From the NCBI GenBank assembly GCA_965207375.1, contig CBDBMG010000002.1, forward strand, positions 672,001-736,000: a stretch of 64,000 bases of DNA, in the 5' to 3' direction. The notes beneath the pieces were generated by a model that saw nothing but the letters and a program-made list of their open reading frames with translations, did not search any database and had not been told where the DNA came from. The translations under genes and the position numbers were made by a program. This DNA comes from Nitrosopumilaceae archaeon (GTDB lineage Archaea; Thermoproteota; Nitrososphaeria; Nitrososphaerales; Nitrosopumilaceae). The stretch's first letter is position 1, and each line of letters starts with the position of its first letter. Below are positions 1 through 12,802 of this stretch, in pieces.

Positions 1-524
1 CAGGTAGGAGAACACCTTTACATTTTATTGCTACTTTTAACAACTCTGTATAATTAATTTTGAAAGAAATTTACCAATACGAATTATTAACGCTGAACCG
101 TTGTGGGCGGGGCTTTGGATTTGCATTAAACGATTGTTCAAAAATCTCTAATACCTGAACCATTAGGTAAAAATTACCTTACATTTTATGGCTCCACAAT
201 TCAACAGCTAACTTACATAAACTGTACTAAGTCTTTTGAAGACAACTGTGCATAAACAGTAGTAAATTCATCAATCTACGTGCTAGTAGCATTTTTTGAA
301 ATTTAACATTATAAAGCCTTTTACAATAGCATGTTTAAAAGTTCCCTATTGCTCTATTATGCGCTCAATTTCGTGTTGCTGTGAAAGATGTAATTTTATA
401 CCTTTACTATTATAGACTTGCATGTCTAACGGTAGAAATTGTTTTCCGCACGAATACGGCGCACGCTATTGTTTGCACCACGCGTTTCGTGAAAAATGGT
501 AGAACAAGTTGTATGTAAAGTAAG

Positions 525-3098
525 ATGCCTCGAAAGAGAAAGAATAAGTGTTCACAAAAGTTTAGTGAACTTGCCCATCGTCGCTGGTCAAAAACTGTAG
601 ACTCGACTGTAGATGACAGTAATAGTGTAACAGAGACCCAGAACCATGTGGCTGCTGTTGCTGGTGTTGTCGATGAAATAGAGGGAATAGAAACAACCAA
701 TACTGGAGATGAACAAGTAGAGAGCAGTGTAAATATTATTTCTGGATATCTTACGACTGAGGACGATCAAGCTAGAACTGAAGGTTCAACAGAAAGCATT
801 ACAGATTTGACAGCAGAGAACAGTGTTTGTGAGGATGTTGTGTTTTATGAAGAAAATGAAACTGAGAGTACGGTAACTGCAAATGAAGCAGAAATAGATC
901 ATATTACAGGTGAAGCACAGAAAAGCATTGTTGCTAATTACTCAGAAATTTTCCAATTAGGTTACCACAAAGTTCAAGGCTATAATAGTGCTAAAGAAAA
1001 CGATAGTGATGATGATTCTTCGACCAGTACTGTATCCAGGGATAGTAGTTCAGAATACTGCCCTACCCCCATGAAGCGTGCTAAAGTTAACCCTATTGAG
1101 CTTGGAAACAGAGTTTTTGTATGTCAAACTACACAATTGGATGAATTTTTGAATCAGATAAATGCCACATCTTTATGTTACACCCCAAATTGTGTAGGGA
1201 AACTTGTTCCTATAAGTATCAAGCATGTAGGATTGGGAGGAAGTTTATTGGTAAAGTTTTCTTGCACGGGTTGCAGTGAACGGATGCTTAATTTAACAAG
1301 TTCCATTGAAATTGAGTTTTCTAAACGCACTGTATGCAGTCTTGCCATGCAGGTTGCCTTCATTGCTGCTGGTTGTATGCATGCACAATATAGCAAAGTT
1401 TTAAAGCAAAATATGGGAATATCTGCAGTCAATTCTACCACGTTTTATGAAACCATCAAGCTATTAGACCCAATTGTTGCTACACTACTTACAGAAATGT
1501 GCACTGCTGCTCAAGATGAAATGAAAGCACTAGATTCATCCACAGTTGGAAGTTGGCAGAGAGCTATAACCACTTCAGATGGTGCGTGGTTGACCAGGGG
1601 AAGGTTCAGTCAAAACTGCACATTTACCATTAGAAATTACATAAATAATTCCTTGTTATACTTTGTCCATCTCTCTATGAGGGGAGCAGATAAAGATAAA
1701 CTCTATCATGGAACATCAAAAGGTGCAGAAGGTTTTGCTGCTAGTATAGCATTTAAAGCTGCCAAAGAAGAAGGAATGCATATAGAGGTTCAGTGGCAGG
1801 ATGGGGACTCTTCCTCTGCCAAATCATTTCAAGAACATTATTCAGATGAGGAAAGATCAAAGGTCATGTTATGTGGTGGCCATGTAGCTAGGGCTCACAC
1901 AAAGCAACTAACTGAGCTTGCAAGACAAAAGTCATTTTCAGCGGCCAATCAAGACAAGTATAAGAAGAAGTTTCCTGCTGTAACCACTGTGAAATGTCAC
2001 TGCCCTAAAAGACACCATAAGAAATGTGGCTGCATTTCTAAAGCCTTTTTACGTGCAGCAAGGACAAATTTTTTTTACTGCTTACTTCAAGCAGGAACGG
2101 ATCCTAAGGCTTTTGAATCTAATTTGAATGTCTTGGGAACATACCATGCATGTGATATTCACTCCTGGGAAGATGGGAAATGTGGCTTTCACCCCCAGAA
2201 GAGTTGTTCCTGTGGTAAGTGTGAGGATGAACTTGCTTGTGAAGGTGAGGATTACCATACTAAAAATCCACTGACCTGTCCATTTCATAAGTTAGCTTAT
2301 CAAATAGAATGTTCCAATAGAGCATCTCAGGCATCACAAATTATACATAAAGAGTTGGGTCGTGGTCATTCCAACTACCCTGAAGCTTCGCGTAATGTTT
2401 TAACAAGATTCCGAGCAAAAGACAAGTATTTACAAAGGATTCATTATACAGTGAGCACTAACATGGGTCTACTTCAGTCCAATATGACATGGCTTACGAA
2501 AAACAGGGGATTGTCATATCATTGGCTTTTGGATTTGTTCAAGAGACTAAATTTGCCAATTTTTGATGGAATGGCTGAGGGATTGAAGAAGGCAAATGAA
2601 ATACGGGAAAAAAATCTTAACAAAAAGCAGAGTGATTCAGCCAAAGAAAAAAGGACAAATTGGAAAAAAGCAAGAGCTCAAGAATATCAAGAAAGGAAAC
2701 AGTGGATGAAAAGGCAAACTGTGTACCACACATATGGCACTGATGATGATGAGGATGATGATGAAATGAGTGATGAAGAGGGTACTACTACTACTACTAC
2801 TAGGCGTGCTACAGCACAACGTGCTACAGCTAGTGGCACTCGGGGATGTAAATGCGGGTCTTATCAACATCGGTATACTAGTCACCGCTTGTGCCCTCTG
2901 AATAAGAAAAAACAAGCATCAGTTAGACATGAAAGTGACACTACATCAAACAAAGTTTCTAGCAGCAGCGATACTGAAGAAGAAATAGCCCAATTGTTTT
3001 GTGACTGTGGTGACAGAGCAACCCATAGCCGTTCATGTCCTCTCAATCCAAGGAACTACAATGTCCGCAATCATGGAAAAAGTAATGATATATATTGA
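525..3098 (+). CDS. Kolobok/Mutator-like DDE transposase, 857 aa, with C-terminal zinc-knuckle-like motifs
   Basis: Uninterrupted ORF. Motifs TSDGAWLTRG (first D), YHGTSKGAEG, WQDGDSSS (second D), LCGGH, HxxxxHxW..CxxH, GHSNYPEAS (E). Acidic N-terminus; C-terminal CKCGSYQH..CPLN and CDCGD..HSRSCPLN. Element termini not identified. Confidence 0.75.
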   Translation: MPRKRKNKCSQKFSELAHRRWSKTVDSTVDDSNSVTETQNHVAAVAGVVDEIEGIETTNTGDEQVESSVNIISGYLTTEDDQARTEGSTESITDLTAENSVCEDVVFYEENETESTVTANEAEIDHITGEAQKSIVANYSEIFQLGYHKVQGYNSAKENDSDDDSSTSTVSRDSSSEYCPTPMKRAKVNPIELGNRVFVCQTTQLDEFLNQINATSLCYTPNCVGKLVPISIKHVGLGGSLLVKFSCTGCSERMLNLTSSIEIEFSKRTVCSLAMQVAFIAAGCMHAQYSKVLKQNMGISAVNSTTFYETIKLLDPIVATLLTEMCTAAQDEMKALDSSTVGSWQRAITTSDGAWLTRGRFSQNCTFTIRNYINNSLLYFVHLSMRGADKDKLYHGTSKGAEGFAASIAFKAAKEEGMHIEVQWQDGDSSSAKSFQEHYSDEERSKVMLCGGHVARAHTKQLTELARQKSFSAANQDKYKKKFPAVTTVKCHCPKRHHKKCGCISKAFLRAARTNFFYCLLQAGTDPKAFESNLNVLGTYHACDIHSWEDGKCGFHPQKSCSCGKCEDELACEGEDYHTKNPLTCPFHKLAYQIECSNRASQASQIIHKELGRGHSNYPEASRNVLTRFRAKDKYLQRIHYTVSTNMGLLQSNMTWLTKNRGLSYHWLLDLFKRLNLPIFDGMAEGLKKANEIREKNLNKKQSDSAKEKRTNWKKARAQEYQERKQWMKRQTVYHTYGTDDDEDDDEMSDEEGTTTTTTRRATAQRATASGTRGCKCGSYQHRYTSHRLCPLNKKKQASVRHESDTTSNKVSSSSDTEEEIAQLFCDCGDRATHSRSCPLNPRNYNVRNHGKSNDIY

Positions 3099-3251
3099 TT
3101 TGCATGCCAGCTGATCTAACTTGTGATTTATCTTCATTGTAACGATAATCAATCAATATAATTAGCTAGTGATCGACTCGTGTTTATAACTTTCACATGT
3201 AATTACATGATTTTTTTGTTTATAAATTTCATGAAATTGCTGTACAATATC

Positions 3252-3464
3252 CGGGGGGTCTGTCACGGATAGGAATCTCGTACGCCTTTTTGAGATTCTG
3301 GAATCTGGAATCTTACCTTGGCAGAAAAATTCTGTATACCTTTGAATATTTTAGGATTTTATATTTCAATTACCATGAAATCTTATTTGGAATCTGGAAT
3401 CTTTGTCAAAAAACTGTGGGATTCGGAATCTCGTACAGAAATTTAGTTGGTGTCCGACCCCTCG
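3252..3464. mobile_element. hAT-type MITE
   Basis: Imperfect TIR cggggggtctgtca / tgtccgacccctcg; perfect 8-bp TSD acaatatc (3244-3251, 3465-3472); internal ggaatct repeats. Confidence 0.8.
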
Positions 3465-5570
3465 ACAATATCATAAATACATATGTATTAAAAATGTTTA
3501 GCACATGCATGGGTATTAGCTACTGATGCATAAATGAGTCCTGCTTCTGTTCTAGTTAAAAAATGCATAACTCCTCGTATTTCAAGTGGTGCTACATAAT
3601 GGTGTGCATTAATTAAAATGGTGCAAACAAACACACACATTTAGGTGCTTACCATCATTACAGTGAAGAATTAGTGGTGGAAAATTACTCTGGAAGCTCC
3701 ATGGACTACACATACGTTCATTCACTCGTTTCCGTGTGCGATAAATATTGCTCACGTGATAAAAATCAAACGCTTCTATTTCTAATTTGCATTAGTAATT
3801 TGCAAGTATCTACTGGCGCTTACATTGCTAAAGTGATTTTAAAGTGAGAGACATCTGTGTTTTGTATTTTTAAACTGTTGATTTTTCAAGTGTGTTACTA
3901 CCTCATATTCACAAAGCAATTACGTGAGTTATTGCACAGCCACGTGTTTAACAAGGTCGAGGCATAGATTATTTAGACTACGTAACCGGGATTAAAAACG
4001 ATTCACGTGAGACCATTGGTACAGTACATTTTGTTGCGAGCGCGGTTGCGAGCTATCAGCGTTGCAAATTTCTAAAAGATACCATTGACCTGTTCATGTA
4101 GTTGCACTATTGCTTGCCCACAGTGCCATGCATTTCACCTAGTATGAAGACATATGCATCAACTAATTATGCCTCCACTAGTGGAATTTTGTAAATTGAT
4201 TTAGCATACTAGGAATGTATACCGAGTAATTGGGGTGAGCCTTAGTGAGCCCCACCATGTGGAATCTACAGTGAAATCTGTCTTCTTGCTTACTTGACAC
4301 ATCATCCCTTATATGACTATAAACCGTTAAGTGCAAACCAATGCTACATAGCTACATGGAGTGCTAATCAACATTACATCAAACACCTGGAGTGCTATAA
4401 TAATAAATTATAACCATAGCATGGGTATATACCATTCAAGTGCTAACCATAAATATTATTATTAACCACAATGTATGAATAAAACTTTCTAATCAAGGAC
4501 ATAAAAAGTTTAGTGCTGTTAGGATTCTGACTACTAGATGAAAAAACACTACACTTTGTTGAAAGAGCCTCACACACATGTATCACTGTAATTGCTTTAC
4601 TGTTTAGCTATATCCCAGCTTTCATGACATACCAGTGGTAATAGGCCTGCGTTGATTCTGCCAGTAGCATAATAGCTAGGTGTGCTAAAGCATCAAGCAT
4701 AATGCCAGCATAGTAGATAAAATTTAAGGCACAAACTGCATAAGTAAAACCAACTCATGCCATTTGTACAGTCTAAAAACTATAGAATACACTCACCCAT
4801 TGCCATTCAACACTTCACAGCAGCAGAAATTAGCTTCTACATCTAGTGGCAATGTGTTTGGCACCACTAAAAAAGCTTTTATACGACAGCCACATGGCGG
4901 ATTAGAATTTATACTGCGTGTAGAGGTAACTGGAGATACATAAACAAGTGAACTTTATAGAAATACATATTAAGCTGTGTATTAATAGCACAATTGATTG
5001 TGGAACAGCATAAAATCTAGCATGATAGGTGCAAAATCCAGAAAGCATAATAGACACAGCTCTAGCACTGGGTAAGCTATAGGTATAAAAATTTGCAGAC
5101 TAAGCATAGAACTACCTATAATTGATGTAAAATTTCTAACTCACAAGGGAAGTTACCGATTGGATGTGCAGATAAGACCTGTTTTTGCAGACTTAGTCAT
5201 AATATTATGGTAAATTTTTCGAATTTCAATTTAGGGATAGTACATCAATACTCTCTAATTGTGCAGTCACCAATCATTTTGTGGCTGCACTATTGAAGAG
5301 TATCAATTTTTATATAACTTTTGTAGAATTAGTGTTTTGCTATAACTCATACTGAATCTATCATAAAACTAGTTTGATTTACGTAGTGTATCACTAATAT
5401 TACTTTGCTTAAGGTAACACCATGAGTACATAATTATATTATGTGCTCTTGGTAACACTACTGCCTTAACATGATCAAAAATATTTGCTTTTGACACACA
5501 CTATTTAGCACAAAATTTGTTGACATGCATTAATAGTCACAGGAATGTACATGTGTCTGATGTTGTGTAG

Positions 5571-5800
5571 GAACAACAGTACTACTTGGGGTGATGGCAG
5601 ATGTGTTTCTGACTGGTAAAATGTCACATCATGAGGTGTTGGATGCAACATCACAAGGAACATCAGTGATCCTGTGTGAACATAGCAACACTGAAAGGGG
5701 ATACCTGACCATAATGAAACACAAACTCCAGCATGTACTTGGAAAAGAAATCAAAATTTCTGTACCTGATGTGGACCATGACCCTCTTGTCACTGTATAA
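5571..5800 (+). CDS. NIF3L1: Terminal exon of a NIF3-like protein 1 homologue (upstream exons not found; may be a fragment or pseudogene)
   Basis: After acceptor tgtgtag, translation ADVFLTGKMSHHEVLDA...VILCEHSNTERGYL...DPL matches the NIF3 C-terminus; stop at 5798-5800. Confidence 0.75.
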
Positions 5801-6430
5801 CTGATACAATTGATTTATTTATATATTATACACATATCATAAGAACACTTGATGATACTTCATTTATAGTCCATATCATTTTCTTCTGCTATGCGACTGT
5901 ATTTTTCAAGCTCCACCATCAAATCCCTTATAGTATTCCTGGTGATGACTATGTCTATTAAATAACATCACTTTACCATTTCTTCTATTAAAATATTCCT
6001 TACTTTTTCGTAATCGTTCACTGGAGGATTTATTGTTAGTATAGGCTGGTTTGACATCTCGACCAACTTCAGCGATGTTAGCAAGCAAGTTATTGTACTT
6101 GACAGCAAAATATGCATCTCCAGAGGCTAACAAGATTATAACAGTAAAATTACAAGATGCAAACTATTATAGTTTAATTCAGTAAGTAATGAGTACAGAA
6201 TTTTAAGTAGTACAGTATTTTAAGTTATATACGTACCATGGGCAGGGGTGATTTGCCTGACATGTATGCACGAACACAAGGGTGCCACACCGCCCAAGGG
6301 CGGGTGCGGACATATCAGGTACATATGTTATGTAACACTCTCAGGACTCTAAAAATCGCCCAAACCAGCTAGCATTGGTCTTTTATATAGACTTATGATT
6401 GTGGTTTTTATATTTGGACATAGTCATGAC

Positions 6431-6822
6431 TAGTGCTGTGCACTTTAACCAAATAACCGATTAATCGATCGGTTATTTTCAAATTCCAATAACCGATATT
6501 GCATGTTAAATAACCGATTAATCAGCTTCTAATTATTTCACTTTAATATATTAGATATTTGAGTAAGACACACCAATTTGACACATTAATTACCCAGACT
6601 TTATGATGTACGAGTGAATGTTGTCTCCAGCATGTATATTTATCATTATGGTGAATGTACACCTATGTAATTATATGATAGCTGACACTCAAAATCTGTA
6701 AAGTTTACTCCTCATTTTCCTTGTTAGCAACAATGAATATCACTGGTGCCAATTAACCGATAATCGCCAATTATTTATGGCCAATTAATTGGTGATGAAA
6801 TTTTTGCAGGTGCACAGCTCTA
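6431..6822. mobile_element. hAT-type MITE (older)
   Basis: TIR tagtgctgtgcac / gtgcacagctcta; internal taaccga repeats; degenerate 8-bp TSD gtcatgac / gttgtgat. Confidence 0.65.
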
Positions 6823-7679
6823 GTTGTGATGTCTATTTACACAAAGTGACAGTATTTTTTATTGTGAGTTTGTATTAATCAGCAATGTGGCAATTTTCTA
6901 GCCAAGAATTAGTGTTTAGGAACAGTGAGTAGACTACAATTACTACAATAAATATCCTAATAGATACAATAAATAATCCTAATGGTGGTATTAGAACGAT
7001 TTTTGTGTGTATAGGATGTAAACACAAAATTATAATACAAGATTATCATGCAAGTGACTCACCTAAGATTGCTAGTAAATCTTTGTAGATGTTTAGAATG
7101 ATTACTAATTAATACATTATTTTACTTTTACAGGTCCTGCTAGGCTGCCTTAGGCAATACAGTGTACATTTTATCAAATGTTTAAAAGAAACAAAACTTA
7201 CAATCACATTAACAACTTCACATAAATTTGAGTGGCATATTACTTAGCCTGTTCATATGGAAGATGATCCTTAAGAGATGGGAGGTTGTCATGTAAGAAA
7301 GATGTAATGACATTTCCTGCACAGCTGAATAGTCTTTCAGGTGGAACAGACGTTGCCACCACCCCTAAATATTTTAGTGACAAGTTGGTATAAGAGTGCT
7401 CATGCTTATTCCACCACTCCAGTGGCTTTCCTAATACTGACTCAGTTTTGTAACAGCTTAATTCTCAATCTTTCATGATATGAGTATTGTGATGAGTTTA
7501 ATGGCCCTCCTTTGTATCTTCTCAATGATCTTTTTAAAATGAATGTTTTGTCAATGACTAATTGATTATTGTTGCATTATGCTTATGAATGTCCAGAATT
7601 ATGCACATAAAGTCTAGAATTACTAAAATTGCTACCTAGCTATATTATTCTCAAAACATGGTATTGATGTCTGACATTC

Positions 7680-8160
7680 CAAGTCTATACCGGTACCCAA
7701 CAACTAGCTTTAAGTCAATAAGTTGTTTTAGAATCTATCATAAAAGAAAAGATTATATTTTATTTTGATACTAACCAGCCACTTGCTTTTTGAGCTACAA
7801 CATAGTTTTCATTTCAGGATGTCATGTATTACACAATTGTGGAATGTTCCATTGGTCTAAGTTTTTGGATAATGGTTATAGGGCATTTGATTGTGTTCTG
7901 CATCAGCTCCTACTATCTAAGTTGAAGAAAGCCTGCGGTATTCCTGGTAATGCCTTGTAATGAGTCAAGGACTTCTTATCAAAAAGATAACAAAGAGTAA
8001 ATATTAATGGTTCATATTCTGATTGGTACAACATTACAAGTGGCGTTCCACAGGGAGTGTGCTTGGGTCTCTCCTCTTTATTGTCTACATCTATGATTTA
8101 GCTATCGTGAAGTTAATATTACCATCTTTGCCAATGACACCAAGTTATAGACCTATCATC
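7680..8160 (+). pseudogene. Decayed LINE (CR1/L2-type) reverse transcriptase fragment
   Basis: Frameshifted translation ..QRVNINGSYSDWYNITSGVPQGSVLGSLLFIVYIYDL.. with stops. Confidence 0.7.
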
Positions 8161-8939
8161 ACTGCAGACAATAGTAATATTTTTAAACCAGGAGAGCAAA
8201 GGACATGTCTGGCAGCAGTAGTACATCCGTATGGCCCTATATATTATCTTAAGCTATGTAAACATAGAAAGGAGAGCTGGTATTTGTGTCAAGAAATTGC
8301 ATGAGTGTAAATATAAATATTGTAGAATTGTATTGGTGTTCTATGGTTTTAATACAGCAACGTTGATATGTGCAGTTAAGCATAGTAACCTCAATGATGG
8401 GAGGACTTTAACTTGTGCATTGTGAGATACTGATACGTAGTTATATTTGTTGCCATGATAATTTTGTTGCTATGGTAGAAATTTATCATGGTAAAATACT
8501 GTAGGAATACAAGTATTTAGCATACATATTTGTGGGTCTATACATTTTGTTACCATGGTAATGGTGCTATCCATATGAATTGTATTCTGGAGCACATGTA
8601 TACAGTGGTACTATACGTGACCATCTAACCTTTACAAATTATATCCATACTAGAATTACTGGTAAACGTGCACATGAACTGTCCTGCAGTGCTACTGCAG
8701 CTCCCATTAGCATAGCAGATATATCCTCATAATACTCTTTCAGATTGGACGTTCCTCACGATAATCCACACTTTACAAAATGTGCAGATATATAAAATTT
8801 AACTCTTCAGAAATTCTGTCTAGAGTATATTTAAGAGTCTTTTGTTTCTTAGAGAATTTCATGCTAACTACACAGTATTGTAATATTAAGTCACCTTGTG
8901 ATACCTTGGATTATTTAATTTATGCAGGTTGAATACTGC

Positions 8940-10478
8940 ACTTAGTCAGTCTGCAACGGCTACCCTGATCAGAGTGCAACTGCTCTGGGGTAGAGAAGCG
9001 ACAAAATAGCTCATCCACTAGTTTCTGTGCAACCGTAGTAGCCTCTTGGTTTTGGATTGCGTATGCCTCCATCCATCTGGTAAAATAGTCACCAACTACC
9101 AGTATATAAGAGTTCTTAAGTTCTTATTCTCTGTCTCAGAAAGTGGGCCCATGATGTCCAATGCAACTATTTCCATAGGATATCCAGCCTTTATGGTCCC
9201 AAGTGGTGCCCTTCTTTTTGGTGTAGGGGTCTTTGTAGTTGCACAACTAGGACATGCTTGACAAAAGTTCTTTACATCTCTGTATTGACCAGGCCAGTAA
9301 AATCTCTCTTTCAACTGTGCAATGGTCTTATCTTCCCCTAAATGTCCTCCTACAATCCCAGTATGTAGTTCCTTAAGGACTTCTTCTTGTAGTACCTGGG
9401 GTACAACTAGCTGTAGGAATCTTGACACACCCTCCGGATCTTCAAATTGTCTCCAGAGAACCCCATCCTTCACTACTAGTTGTTTTCTCTGCTGAAGAAG
9501 ACGACGACTCGACGAGTATGAGGGGCTGATTTCTGGTGTTGTTGTCATCTAAGGGCTCATCTAGTTCTAGGCATCTTAGTACTGGTCCAATGCATGGATC
9601 ATGCAACTGTAGATCTCTCAGATCACCAAGTAACTTTCCCACCAGAGTAGAAACATGCCCACTAATTGTGCTGACCTGGGCAGACTCCTCTTGTCCTCCT
9701 GACCCATGCTGTTCTCTCCCACACTGATCTTAGATAAAGCATCAGCATTTCCATGTCTTTGCCCGGGACGGTGCACAATGGTAAAGTCAAATTCCTGCAA
9801 CTTCTCTAACCAGCGAGCTAGCTGGCCTTCTGGCTCTCTAAAATTCTTCAACCATGATAATGATCCATGGTCTGTCCTGTCTTCCTAACAGGTATGGACA
9901 AAAATGCTGGAGGAAGTATACAACAGCTAGCAATTCACGGCGGGTGACACAATATCTCCTCTCAGCTTTACTCAACTCCCATAAGCAATGACATGTTCCT
10001 TTCCATCATCTTGGACCTGTGATAAAACTGCCCCAATGCCGACATTACTAGCATCTGTGTCCAAGAGAAACGGCCTCTGATAATCTGGGAAGGCCAATAT
10101 CGGGGCAGATATCAGCTGTTGTCTCAAGGATTCAAAAGTATGTCGGCATTCTGGTGTCCATTTAAATGTGGCATTCTTTTGAGTGAATCGGTGGAGTGGC
10201 TTTGCTATGGTGGAAAAACTCTTAATAAATTTACGGTAATAGCTCACCAATCCAAGGAACTGTCGCACTTCCTGCTGAGAAGTTGGCTCTGGCCAAGCAG
10301 CTACCTTACAGGTCTTCTGTGGATCAGCGGCTACACCATCCTCAGATAAAATATGCCTTAAGAAGGTCACTTGTTGCTGTCCAAACTGGCATTTCGCAGG
10401 GTGTAGTTTGAGCCCTGCTTGCCGGAGGCGGTCTAAAATGGTCCTCAAGTTCATTAAGTGTTCTCCAAATGTCTTTCC
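8940..10478 (-). mobile_element. Gypsy LTR retrotransposon pol fragment (RT C-terminus, RNase H, integrase N-terminus), frameshifted
   Basis: ORFs 9972-10499 (FLGLVSYYRKFI, LDTDASNVGIGAVLSQ), 9618-9851 (LARWLEKLQEFDFTIVHRPG..NADALS), 9096-9548 (H..GHLG..FYWP..CPSC). Confidence 0.9.
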
Positions 10479-11446
10479 TGTACAAATACACAAATACAAA
10501 TAGCCATATAAAGTTCATAAACGTTAGCTACACAAAACCAAAGGCTATACATAACTACTGGGCACAAAAAGCGAAGATGCATGAGAGTTAAGGCCTTTGC
10601 ATGGACACAGCAATAAATTGCCAAGTTTTCCCCACATTCCAGCAGGCAGCAGTTGCTGAGACTAACTCAGCTGTACAGAAAAATTTTTGGATACCGAAGC
10701 AAGCACCCATTGCATCAATGCTTCCTACACTGCTGCACTAACTACGTACAACATAACTACGTACTATGACTAACTAAGTAGCTACAGCCACTTAAGTAAT
10801 TGACTAAATAATTAAACAACTAACTGGCCACTGATCATACTAACCAAGTTAAACCAACACAAACAAACCAATTAACTAACCAGCTAACTAATATGTACGT
10901 ATGTATGCACCCATAATGCGTTCAATGCCCCTGGACTCTAAGGTGGATTCAGTAGCTATAGGTATGTAATTGGTATGCTAATTAAATTGTAGAACAATAG
11001 TTACACTATCATCTTGACTTGAACATTAATGATAACCATTGAAATAAAATTGTAAATCACTTGAACAAGACTGACGAGACTAGTTTGCATGTAGTTTGTT
11101 ACCATGCAAGCAAGTGGGTACCTTAAGTGTTGTGGTAACATGAGGTAGCTACAATTGTTTATGTTGTGAAGAATATGTATAGCTACCACATGATTGATGT
11201 TTTACATGATTTAGCTACCATGCATGTGTAGCTATATATTAAATAGGAATGAGCACACCATGCTGAAATAATAGGAACCTCAAAGCATAAAAATAATTCC
11301 TGAAAATTTGCAGGCCAGAATAACACAAATGACAAAGTCTAACCATGAAACAAGCTTCCAGCCAGAGAGAGATGCTGCATGCATGTGGACTGCTATATTA
11401 GAGTTTTTGGAGTTCATGCTGATTTTGTATTTGCAGTGTATATATA

Positions 11447-11938
11447 CCGTATACGACAAAACATTCGAGGGGGAAAACTTTCGCGGTTTTCGCTCAACCG
11501 CAAATGTTTTCTCGCGAATATTTCCTTTCAAGTTTTTCTTAAAAAATATCGCGTCAAGCAATAGCTTATTTTTAGTGGTGCAGATTATGGTGTATAAGGA
11601 ATATCGAAATCCCGGGAAGGAAGCGCCGGTTGAAAGTATTGTATAAATAAGGAAGCGCCGGGCGAAAGTATTGGAAATAGATACGAAACCTGACGGCGTT
11701 CCATTAGCTACCTCAAACGTCGATAATACAGCTATGCCTGAATGCAACTTTCATTACAGCCGCTCCGTGTATCTATATATCGCTCGTTCAAGACGTGTCA
11801 CCGATTTGCGTCCTTTTACGTTTAGGCGCTTAATAATATTGTTACGAAAGTGTCTGAACCGCGAATGTTTTACCGCGAATCACCATTTGCTGTCCAAACC
11901 GCGAAAGTTTCCCCCCTCGAATGTTTTGTCGTATACGG
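11447..11938. mobile_element. Tc1/mariner-type MITE
   Basis: Perfect ~42-bp TIR ccgtatacgacaaaacattcgagggggaaaactttcgcggttt; TA on both flanks. Confidence 0.85.
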
Positions 11939-12314
11939 TATATATCTAGATGGCTATCACTATCATTATTATCTGTCACTGTCCAATTCTTCATCATTAC
12001 TCATTACTGGAAATTTTTCTGAATTATCATAGTTGTTTAGCTATGCCTATTATTCTGGAAAGTATTCCAGCATGAAAACATTATTAATGCGCTCATTTCT
12101 AGCTGCGATTTTCAGAATATATTTTATTTCATTCAGCCTGCTGCTAGCTACACTGTGTATAAGGGTGTGAATAATTATAATATTATTTACTTGGTAACTA
12201 TGGCCCAAATTTCATCCTGTAATAACTATGAATTAAAAGTCACTCAAATACGCTATTCAATAGCTATGGCATTATTGCATGTAGTCCCCCATGCAAACTA
12301 GCTACTTTAATTTT

Positions 12315-12590
12315 CCTCATGTCAATATCATCTCATGTTATCATCTCACGGATCACATCATCTCACGTCAACATCGTCTCATACAAGCATCATCTCATGT
12401 CAACATCATCTCATGTCAACATTATCTGTCTCATGATAACATCGTCTCATGACAATATCGCCTGTCTCATGTCAACATCGTCTCATTCTCATGACAACAT
12501 CGCCTGTCTCATGACAACGTCGTCTTATGATAACATCACCTGTCTCATGTCAAGATCGTCTCATGACAACGTCGTCTCATGTCGACATTA
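12315..12590. repeat. Degenerate minisatellite (tctcatgt/gacaacatcg units)
   Basis: Direct reading of repeated 16-20-nt units; the His/Ser-rich ORF here is a by-product. Confidence 0.8.
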
Positions 12591-12802
12591 GGTACCGACG
12601 GGCAGTCTACATCCGAAGACGCAAAAAAGCACGATTTTTAAAATTTGAGAAAAACATCGACAGTCGTGATGTTGCTCTCATGACAACATCTATGGGGTGC
12701 CATTGGATGATATTTACTAAATATCTATGACATTTACTAAACATCTATGATATTTACTAAACATCAATGACATTTACTAAACATCTATGATATTTACTAA
12801 AC

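Noticed and set aside
4641-5064. Possible hAT MITE with agcataat repeats
   Set aside because: The termini are too degenerate and no convincing TSD was found.
5906-6133. 75-aa minus-strand ORF as a gene
   Set aside because: No recognisable domain or confident exon chain; it may be a terminal exon but this cannot be supported.
11280-12032. Overlapping ORFs of 60-155 aa
   Set aside because: They overlie a non-coding MITE and have no domain motifs.
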